A stretch of DNA of 48,830 bases from a virus (Duplodnaviria > Caudoviricetes). The position numbers and the translations under genes are program-made. Below the pieces are notes generated by a model. That model was not told where the DNA came from and searched no databases. It saw only the letters and a program-made list of their open reading frames with translations. Positions 1 through 11,100 of the stretch are shown here, in pieces. Position 1 is the stretch's first letter. Each line of letters opens with the position of its first letter. The stretch covers positions 1 through 48,830 of IMG/VR virus record IMGVR_UViG_3300038318_000308; one strand, given 5' to 3'.

Positions 1-819
1 AACTCCTATTTTTGGGTCTTGACACATTTTACCAAGCAAGTTCCAGCCTATATCATCGAAATATTTCCATTCACAAGTTTTAATCTTATATCCACTATTT
101 TGTAAAATATTTTTAACACAAGCAACAATTTCATTTGGACCAGTTCCTGATTTTGTTACACCCATTTTTTTAGCTAAATAACTTTCGGAATAATATACTC
201 CAGTTAGTTCATATAATATTTGTTGTACCATATTTGCACTACAATACCATAAAGTTTCTTGTTTCATGTTTCCATTAGAGTAATATCTTGGATTTTTATA
301 ACAATCTACATTTGGAATTTCAATAGTTGTATTACAAGATTTTGTAGTGGTGGTTATATAATTAGGTTGTCTTTTATTTTTGCTTACAAAAGTATTATAA
401 TTTTTCAACATATTTTTATATGTAGAATAATTAATATAATCATACATAGTTGTCATGTCTAAATATACATGAGTTGTATCATTTAATGTACCTTTGAAAG
501 CATCTACTCTTGCTTTCATATCTAAAAATGTTTCAAGAGGTACTTTAACATTTTTATCATCAATTGGCCCTGCATTTACGGAAATTTGTAAAGAAGTTGG
601 TTCTTTATTATATTTGCTAACATATGCGTTATATCGAACTAACATATTTTTATATTTGTAATATAATACATATTCTGCTTTTGTGTCATAATCTAAATAA
701 ATTCTTCTTTCATCAATTGGTTTTCCGCCTTGTTCTATATATTTGTTGACACGAGATTTCATGTCTTTAAAAATTTTAATATCTATTTTCTTTTCATTAT
801 TTGTTAAATCTGTTACCAT
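1..819 (-). CDS. Endolysin, pseudomurein endoisopeptidase (pseudomurein-binding repeats + C39-like peptidase, PeiR-like); 3' end runs off the window
   Basis: Hand translation from ATG at 819 is open to base 1 (MVTDLTNNEKKIDIKIFKDMKSRVNKY...). Four PMBR-like repeats (FKDMKSRVNKYIEQGGKP; YKNMLVRYNAYVSKYNKEPTSL; FLDMKARVDAF; YKNMLKNYNTFVSKNKRQPNYI), then a C39-type motif QETLWYC...SESYLAKKMGVTKSGT; GTGA RBS upstream. Absent from the ORF track because no stop lies in the window. Confidence 0.85.
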   Translation of the reverse strand, partial: MVTDLTNNEKKIDIKIFKDMKSRVNKYIEQGGKPIDERRIYLDYDTKAEYVLYYKYKNMLVRYNAYVSKYNKEPTSLQISVNAGPIDDKNVKVPLETFLDMKARVDAFKGTLNDTTHVYLDMTTMYDYINYSTYKNMLKNYNTFVSKNKRQPNYITTTTKSCNTTIEIPNVDCYKNPRYYSNGNMKQETLWYCSANMVQQILYELTGVYYSESYLAKKMGVTKSGTGPNEIVACVKNILQNSGYKIKTCEWKYFDDIGWNLLGKMCQDPKIGV

Positions 820-823
820 ATTA

Positions 824-2146
824 TCACTTTATTATTAATTGTTTTGTCTCACTTTCGGATTTTTCATATTCAAAAAATTCTTTATAATACGCTTTAATCG
901 CTCTTGTCGCTGCTTTAGTTACTATATTACTTGCATATGCTTTTCCTTCGGTATTTAATTCTATACTACTAATTACTTTATCATCCATCGTAAATACTAC
1001 AATTCCACTAGTGACCGGTTTATTATCAGATGTTAAAACTGTTGCTTCGTATTCAACCGTTGTTCCATCTGTACCAACTGTAACTTCTGATTGTGGTAAA
1101 ACCAATGTCGTAGTAGTTTTTATAGTAGATGGATATTCTTCTATTGTAGTGACTGGGTCGTTTTCTAATACTGTTTTTATTAATTTAACAAAATGTGTAT
1201 ATCCATTACTTACAACAGCGGTTCCAGTCATAATACTATCTTCAATAACTACTCCATTATCATCAGTATCTTTAATAGTATAAGCAATTTCACCAAAATT
1301 AACATTTGCAGCATTTTCATCTATTATATTTGCTCCAATATATGTTTCTTGATTATATTTACTATTAATATCTTTAACTTTAATATGCGTTGTTAATGGG
1401 TCAATAACTATATAAATACTATCATATTTAATTCCATTATAAGTTATTTGATGACATTCTGCATATTTATTTGTTTCATTGAATTTTACACTAACTTCCA
1501 TAAGTTTTTGTTTTGTTGATGGAGTATCTTCTATATTTTTAGTAACGAACGAGCAGTTAACATGATTTTTAGTAATTTGTTCACTATAGCTCGTTCTATC
1601 AACTTTATAATTTAATGTACCGCTATACATTACCTCTTCAATATTTTTATATTTAGGAACAATTCTTGTTTCTAAATTTATTAATGTATTAGGTTTCGTA
1701 TGTATTTCTAATCTATTATTATCATTTAAATATGCGTTATCAATAAAAATTTCTGGAATAAATTGTTCTATTCTGTATTCAATAGTTTTAACACATTCAT
1801 TATAATATTTATTTTGTAAATATACTGCTGTGATATTATATATTCCTTTTGTATATTTATCAACATCTGTAATTTCTGTAGATGCAATACCTTGCTTATT
1901 AACTACAAAATATCCGTAATCATTATCATTAATTGTAAAATGAATTTGTCCGGTATCTACTGGCACCTCACCAATTTTAACTTCTGCTTCTAAAAATATA
2001 GACTCACCAAAACTTTGTGCTGTTTTGGTGTTGTCTGTAAATGTAATTGTAACATCTTGACGAACTAATTCTTGAACATCTAATTCTTTATCTTGTCCAT
2101 CAATAGTTGCTTTTATAGTACTTACTTTTTTATATTGTGTACTCAT
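824..2146 (-). CDS. Ig-like (Big_3-type) repeat virion/tail accessory protein
   Basis: 440 aa; repeated beta-sandwich pattern (G.I.F.I...G.A...YNITAVY; GIVVFTMDDKVI...GKAY...IKAYY) like the Ig repeats of the upstream giant protein; start overlaps the upstream stop. Confidence 0.7.
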   Translation of the reverse strand: MSTQYKKVSTIKATIDGQDKELDVQELVRQDVTITFTDNTKTAQSFGESIFLEAEVKIGEVPVDTGQIHFTINDNDYGYFVVNKQGIASTEITDVDKYTKGIYNITAVYLQNKYYNECVKTIEYRIEQFIPEIFIDNAYLNDNNRLEIHTKPNTLINLETRIVPKYKNIEEVMYSGTLNYKVDRTSYSEQITKNHVNCSFVTKNIEDTPSTKQKLMEVSVKFNETNKYAECHQITYNGIKYDSIYIVIDPLTTHIKVKDINSKYNQETYIGANIIDENAANVNFGEIAYTIKDTDDNGVVIEDSIMTGTAVVSNGYTHFVKLIKTVLENDPVTTIEEYPSTIKTTTTLVLPQSEVTVGTDGTTVEYEATVLTSDNKPVTSGIVVFTMDDKVISSIELNTEGKAYASNIVTKAATRAIKAYYKEFFEYEKSESETKQLIIK

Positions 2147-5100
2147 TCTTTAACCTCGATAATATCTATGTCCCCAAGTTTAATAGTTGTTGGAGTATCG
2201 CTAATAAATTTAGTTGTACAATGGTTATTTTTTATAACACTAACAGTTGGCGTAAATGTACCACTTGTTGCATTTAAATTAACTGCATAATCATGGAATG
2301 ATTTTTGTGCATCATAGGTAGATTTTTCATCTTCTATTTTAAACATTAAATCAATTTCTATTTCTGAATTAATAATTGCCGGAGATGGATTTGTTGATGA
2401 CGTAATTGTTGCCCATGTTGTCATATTAAATTCACCATTAAGATGTGTCATAATATCATTTTTACTATATTTATTACCAAAGTAATTATATGCTAAATCA
2501 TTGATACCTGTGTTTTTATATATTTCATTAATATTGGTATCGTTATAGTAAGTATTTGATTCAAATATATTATATTCCGTTGTTACTGTTCCATCAACCA
2601 TAGCTATAGCTCCACCATATGATGATGCACTATTTGTATGGTTCTTTTGGAATAAGTTTTGTAAAATATTCCCATTTCCAGTAATATATATAGCTCCACC
2701 TTTATTATTACATACGTTCATAATAAAACTATTATTAGTAATATTTAAATTATCTGCATTATATGAGTATATAGCTCCACCATTATATTCTGATATATTA
2801 CTATTGAATGTACAATTAGTTATTTGCGAATTTAATGACTGTCGTGCTAAATAAATTGCTCCACCAGCATAACCATGATTTCCATTAAATTTTGATTGAT
2901 TAACAATTATTGTTCCATTAGAATATATTGCTCCACCAAAATTGGTTCCACTTGATATTAATTTATTAAATTGACAATTTTGTACTTCTAATGTTTTATT
3001 ATTAATTATTCCGGCGCTTAAGGTATTTGATGTATTATTTTCTAAAGTAACATTATTTAATGTAAGATTATTATTATTAGTAATAATAGGTTCATCATTA
3101 TTTCCTTGTAATGTAGCTGTATTTCCATTAATTGTTAAATCTCTATCTATTATAATTGGTTCGTTATATATTCCAGTAAGGTATATAACACCATTATTTT
3201 TTAAATGTTTAATTGCCTCAAGTAATGATGTCATTGGATTTTCTTGGTTTCCATAATTTTGGGTTTCTTTTGTATTATCAACATATATGATGTCACTTGA
3301 ATTTATTGTAATTTGTCCGTATCCGCCGTATTTATTAAACACTCCATTGTCAGCAATATAATATCTTGTAGTATATGTACCCGGATATATATTTGATGGT
3401 ATATAACATTGTATTTGATAATTACCATCTGTATTAATTAATTCTTTTTCAAATAAAACTTCATCATTATTAAGGATTTGATATGTAACCGCTGTATTAA
3501 TCTTATTAGTTGTTGTTGGGTGTATAAATGTAACTGGACTATCAATATAATCTCCAATTGTATAAGTAAAATCATTTACCACGGATGTTGTAAAATCATT
3601 TAATAATAAATTAAGTGTATCATTTTCAGAGTAGGTATTAAATTTATCTGTATTCTCTGGATTATAGCTAACTATAACATTGGATTCTGGGTTATCTGAT
3701 AATATTGTGCTATATGTAGTATTAATAGCGATACTATCACTACCTATACTAACTCTTCCCTCATCAACTATATTATTGTTTTCGTCAATAACTGTTGGAT
3801 TAATAGTTAAAGCCCCAGCTTTATATCCGTCTAAAGTATCAAATGTAATATCTTTAATATTTGCTGGATTAATTGTTAATGTATTATTTGCCTCAATAGG
3901 TACATATATCGCGGAACCACTAAATTTCGCATAAATTTTATATGTGTTTTTAGTTTTTGAATATGGTAATATATATGTAGCACTTGCTTTACCATCTTTT
4001 ACGATGCCCTCTGTAACAATAACATTTTCGATATAGAAATCAACTCTCTTATTATCTGGTAATGTTGTTGTTGAATTAAAGGTAATTGTGTTTCCAACAT
4101 TTGCACTAATAGCTTCTAAAGATATTGTAGATGTTTCTTGATTAATTATTAAATCAAATGTTGCGGAAGTTTGGTTATAATATTTATTACCACTAAATTT
4201 AATTGTTATTTTATTATCGGTACTTTTTGTATCATCTGGTAACTTATAAGTTAATGTAAAATTATCTTGATTATCTAAACTTACAACATCAATAAATTTA
4301 TCTAAAATATAACAATATGCAACACCATCAAGTTTTCTATCGAATTTTGGATTAAGTGTAATTGTCTCATTAACTGATGCAGTAATACTTTCCATTGATA
4401 TAATAATATCTTTCTTTTCTACTATAAAAGTGTTATGGTTTACAAGTAATTCTGTATCTGCATAAATTTTAGAATCATGATATCTGAAATACATCGTATA
4501 TGTGTCTGGTGCTAATAAAGGTACATCAAACTCTAACGTTCCTGCATTGTTTGATATATATGTACTTGCTACTTTTTGGTCATTTATAACAATATCTAAT
4601 TGCCCATCTTCGACTTGTCCTATATCAGATTCAATATCATAATGTAATTTAACAGTTTCGCCATTAACGACATTAATATCTTCTGAAGTAATACTTTTTA
4701 TTGGAATTTTATTAACCTTAATTTCTTGAGTTGCACTTGAGCCACTATAAACATTTTCGGAATCAACATATTTTGCGATAAGTGTTATATCTCTTACTTC
4801 GGCTGGATATAAAATATATTTACCTATACCATCGACAACTTCGCATTCAGATATTTTCTTACCATCTTGATAGAATGATACGATTCCGTGCATAACATTT
4901 CTACGTAATGAGTCAATAATATTGACTTGGAAATTATTTTCGATTGGATAACATTCTGTATTGTTAAATGTTATGTTTGTCTCATTTGCGTGAATTGTTA
5001 ATATAATTTCTTGGCTGATATTATCATCAACCGCAGTAGCTTCTGGATTACCGAAGTAGTTATTGTTGATATATTCTAATTTAATTATATATGAGCCTAT

Positions 5101-8100
5101 TTCTAATTTTGGAATATTAAGGTCTATAGTAATTTTATCATTATAAACATTTTCCTTATTTTTTGGTACTGTACTAATTTTCGTATATTCTTTTCCATTT
5201 TTCAAGTATGCAACAACTAAACCATTATTAACTGTAATATTTTTAGTACTACTAATATCTAAAGTTTCTTCTATATTTACGTTTGAGATAGTAGATATTT
5301 TATTGTTACTATTAAACATAACGGTTCTTGGATAAACTGATAAGAGAATATTTGTCTCGGTTTGCGCGTATTCATTTTCATTATTTGTATACACGAGCTT
5401 TATATAATAATTTCCAGCTGGACAATGTATATTATATTTTTGACTAATATGTCCAGTACATGAAATATGTTCAATAATTGGTTCATCGATTTTTGTGTTT
5501 ATATCTGTTTTATATATACTGACTAATCCAGAGTCAACGATATCGCCATCTAAATTGGTAATTGTTGCATTAATATTAATATCGTCACCGTATTGGCATA
5601 CAATAGCATCTCCATCGATATTAACATTATATATTCCGTAATTAATCGTAAACTTTTGTATTGAAGAAGCATAATAATGATTATCTCCTTTGTATATAAA
5701 GGTTAACTGTCTGATTCTGTTGTTTTTATCTAATATACTGTTATCAATTTCAATTATTCCATCTGTTGTATGTATAGGATTTTGTGTTAATAATTTATCA
5801 TCTTGATACACATCAACTGTTCCATCTGTAATATTAATACCGGTTTCATCTTGAATATTAAATACTAAATCTTTACTATATGTTTCCGGGAAGAATAATA
5901 TTTTTGAGTCTGTATTTATGTAAGAAATATTTGTTGGACTTAATGCTATATTAAATGATACAATAGTATTTAATGTATCATATGTTGTTTTTGGGTTTGC
6001 AGTAATCTTTAATTGATGTTTTCCTGCTTCTGTTTTTCCGTAAACTACATGCTCGTTAATTTTACCATTATTAATTTTATATTTCACAGTATTGGCACCA
6101 ATATATTCAATTATTTCTTTATCATCAAGATATAATTTTATATCTTCACTAACTATACTGTTACCAAGATTATCTTCAGCATCGGCTTGTAATTTCAATC
6201 CGAATATTGTTGATGTAATATTAATATTTTTTAATATAATTGGTGTAAGTTTGATTTCAAAGGTTCCCTCAATGGTAGCTGATTGATATATATAGTTTGT
6301 TGTATCTTTATAAACCGCAACAATTTTATGTGTACCTAATTCTAGATTAATATTATTAATTGTTAGTTCAGATACACCTGATAGTGTTTGTCTTGTATTT
6401 AGTTCATCTCCATCAATATAAAACGTAATATCCCCTTGATTAATAGGGTCTCCATAGTAATTATGAGCATAACACTTAAATGTTATTTTATCATCATTAT
6501 AATAATTAGTATTATCAGCGAGTTCTAATTTAACAAAGAACGTATTTGCATCTTCGTTTGAATTATATAGTGTTTTAGCGTTATTACTAATATCTGTATA
6601 ATCAATTAATGGTGTTAATGAGCCCTTTTCTTTATTAATTGATTCTGTTTTAATTGCGAATATACCTTTTCTTGATGGTAAAAATTGTGTAGATAATTTA
6701 TATACTTCTTTTCCATCTGTATAATGATTTAATGAAGCAATTAATGTTGGTGTAGTACCCATATTAACTGGGTCGATTTTTGTAATAAAATCCATACAAA
6801 TCCAATATTTAACCGTTATATTATTAAGTAATTTAGTAAAATCTGGTGCGTCGACTCCCCACCAATTATATTCAGCAGTTGCGGTTCCAACATTATCAAT
6901 AAACTTATTTGAATTATTTACAATAGCACAATTGTTTATTTCTAAATTTCCTTCATTATATATAATATTTTTATATGTTTTAATATTATCCGCGTCTGTT
7001 GTATATGATTGGTTTTGATAGAATAATGTATTATTAAATATTAAAGTACCTACGTTATTAACTAAATCTGTAGTTCCTAAATAATTAATAAATTGTACTC
7101 CATCTATAGTAACTTTGTTTTGTGTTGATAATATTTTCTCTCCGCCATTAAATACAACATCATCTGAATATGCTTTAATAGTAACATCTCGATTAATTAA
7201 CCAATCGTTATCATTATAAATTCCGGATTTTACGTATATGGTTGACGCATTACTGGATAATGCTGCTCTCATGTTATTAAATGGATATTTAAATGAACCA
7301 GTTCCAGATTTTTCAACATCAGCCACAAAACAAATATCAGAGTCTGCAATAACTTTCATTATTGAATTTACTTCAGCATTATATTTTTTATCTATTGTAT
7401 GATATTTTGCAACCCAATTATAAGTTGTATCTATTGTATAATTTTCATCTAAATATATTGAAAATTCAGCAATTCCATCATTTACTTCAATTGTTCTTAT
7501 TAATTTATCATTAAGATAAAACTCAACTATTCCGCTATCAATTAATTTATTATCTGCATTAACTACTAAAGCATATATCGGTGTCTCATAACCAATTGGT
7601 GTTTCGATGTTTTGCATCTTAACTTCAACGTTTTTAATGTAATCTTCGATTGATAATTCTAATACTTGGTCATCAACTGTTGCATATAATAAAGTGTTAC
7701 TTAAAGCATTTGAATAGGTGGTTTCAAAATGATTATTTATTAACATTCCAGTATATAGCGAATACTCTCCTTGCTCGGAAGTCATAGTTACTGCTCTTTG
7801 CGGATATATATCATGACTTTTATTGTTGATAAAGTCAACATTCACCGTGAAAACATCACCTACTGTTGCTTGTTTATTTAATGATGTAGATATTTCCGTG
7901 GTTACCCAATTATCTGTGTGAGCTTGGACAAATGTATTTGGTTCATTTGTTCCCCACCAATTATTATCTAATACATATGTTCCTATATTACCAGATAATG
8001 TACATAATACAGTTGATTGGTTAATATATAAGAATCCATTAATATTATTAATATTTACATTATGTCCTAAAATACATTTATTAAAACTTAATGCTCCTTT

Positions 8101-11100
8101 ATCTTTTCCAACGGTACTTCCATTAATAATAAAATCGTATTCATATATATTATCAAAAGACATATTATTTATAATAACACTATGTCCTTGCATGATAGTA
8201 ATATTTAATTGTTTATCATTTTTTTGTTTTAATATAGCATCATTTTCACCGATAATAGTAATATCTTTTTTGAAAACAATATCTTGTACTTCATATACTC
8301 CTTTTAAAATATTGATAGTACCATTGTTTTTAATACACTGTAATGCTTGATTGATTGTTGCAAATGGTGATTCTTTGGTTCCAGCTCCTTCAACATCGTT
8401 ACCAATAACATTATGACTATTATCATTAATATCTTGATTAGCTATGTATACTTCGTCCATTTCATCAATAACAATTAATTGTTTTAGTGTCATAGCACTA
8501 TCTGCATAATTCAGTCCGCCTAAATATCTTACTTGTAATTGATAAGTTTTAAGTTCTTGTTGTTTATTTATATCAAATACAAAGGTTGCGGTTCCGTTTT
8601 TAACATTAATATTTTTATCATCAATGGTTGATTCTGGGTCTAAGCTGCCAAATAAATCACTACGTAAGTTAATATATCCCTCATTTATCACATCATCATC
8701 ATTTGCACTAACAGATACTGTTAATGTACAAGTATTTCCTCTTGCTATTTTTTGACTATCGAATTTTATCGTAGTTGGTAATTGAGTTGGTATTAATTTT
8801 AATTCAGCTGTTGCTGGCTCAACATAATCATCTCCAGTATATGTAGCTGTAATTGCATGATTGTTTTTAAAATTATCTGGCATTTTAATAACATCAATTA
8901 TTTTATCATTTAATTTTGTAATATCATGATAAAAGTGTTCTTCGCCGTCTAATGATATTGATACTTCTCCAGTTGGTTGTAGTATATTTAATCCATTATC
9001 AAAAGTAATCCATGAGCTTAAATTACTATCTACTCCGGCAAATACTCGATTAATATCTAAATGTAGCGTTGGAATAATTTTACTTATAATTAAAACATTA
9101 TAAACGATACAATTAATTTCATCATTTATCCAATGTTCGGCTCGAATAATATATCTACTTGGGGGTCTGTTTATTAAATAATTACTGACGGTTGCATAAT
9201 ATTCTGTTTCAAATTTTGTAGGGTCAGTTTTATCAGTATTAATCTCTCTAGATTGAATTGCTGTTTCGCCGATTTTATCATTATCAATAAAGAATTTAAC
9301 TACTCCCTCGTTATTACCCTCGATAGTTGTTTCGATATCAACCGTATTACCGTATTCTTGATTATATTTAAGTAATGACATTAGGTAATCGGTCTTTGGA
9401 TTCATAATAATTGTACCGGTCTTTTCTGAAGATTTATATTTAAGTTTTGAATGATATTTAGCAGTATAAGTATATTGATTATTTAATAACTCGCTTTCTG
9501 TTATCTTATCTTTCTTAATATATAAATTACCATTTTCTAAAATAAATACTTCAGTGTTATCTCCGCTTGGTAATGTAACGTATAAATTACCATCTTCAAT
9601 ACTGAACGAACGCTTATTCATCATTAAGCTTGTTAATTCTTCATTAGATGAAGCATCATATATTGCATATAAATCATCAACCATTAAAGCAGGTAAACCA
9701 GCGCCTTCTTCTGTTGCATATTGAATATCTTGTTTAAATGCGTATTTGGATAATTCTAACCATTCTTCATATGTTAATGAAAGCGTGTTATATAATATTT
9801 TTGCATATCCATATTTATCTACTTCGGCGCTTGCAATTGGTTCTGTTCCTAAATCATCAATATAAATATCAACAGTTCCTTGTTTTGCCGGTACTTGATT
9901 GCTGGTTAATACTTGGCAAATAAAACCAAGAGTTTGTCCTTGTGTTGCATTAATATCATTTGTAACAACTGAAGTATATAATAAATCAACTCTAAAAGTA
10001 CTTGTTTGCGTAATTGGGTTATATGTATTATCAATATCTGGTTTATATACTACTTTTAAAGTATATGTAATAGGAGGAGTAGTTCCATCTGGGATTAATG
10101 AGTCAGATACGTTATATATAAAGCTTGCAATTCCATTTTCATTAATTTGTACATCATTTCCGCCCGGTATCAATACATCATCAAGATAGAAATCAACTGT
10201 TCCAGAAACAACTGGTCTATTTATCATATCTAATAATTTCGCAGCTATATGTACAATATCACCAGTAATTACGTCATAATCAAATGCAAATAAATTTACA
10301 TCTCCACCAACAATATTAAGTGTTGTCTCATCTTGTGAAGCTCCAAATGCGACTGTTCCTCTATATCTTGCGATAATTTTATATTCACCAATAGTTGCGT
10401 ATGGCAACGAAGTAATTAATTTAGCTATTGATGTTGTGCTATCTACATTAGTATGTCCAATTTCTTCTTCTTTTCCATCTTGAACAATATAGAAGTACAT
10501 TTGCCCCTCGGTAACATTTTGGTTTTTCTCTGTAAGAACCTTAGCTGTTAATGTAAATTCAGCGCCTTGTTTGACCGGCGAAATATCGCTAATTGTTGTA
10601 ACAGTATCTTCTTTACTGATTAATATTGTATTTACATAATTACTTGTTGCATATTTTGATGTACCTAAATATTTAACTTTTATTTGATATAATCCTGCAA
10701 GATTTTCAGGTATTGGTATATTAGTTAATTCTACTTTACTATCTTTAACATTAAATTCATATAATCCATTCTGCTTAACTAAGTAATCATCGATATATAC
10801 TTTAACTACACCATCATTAATTGCAATATTATCTTCGGCGGTTACATAAATTTTTAAATCTGTTACTTTAACATTATCATTATTAAAATAACTATAAGCT
10901 GATTTGATATATGATTGAGTCTCTATTCGTCCACTAGAGTCTAGTTTAAGATATTCGTGTTTTTCTTTATCTCCACAATTGACAAATATATCATAACTTC
11001 CATCTGGAATAGTTGATGTGCCTCGGGCTACTGTAATACTTTTAGATATTGCGTCATTTGGTTTAAGATTGTCTGTACTAAATGTATACTTATATGGTTT

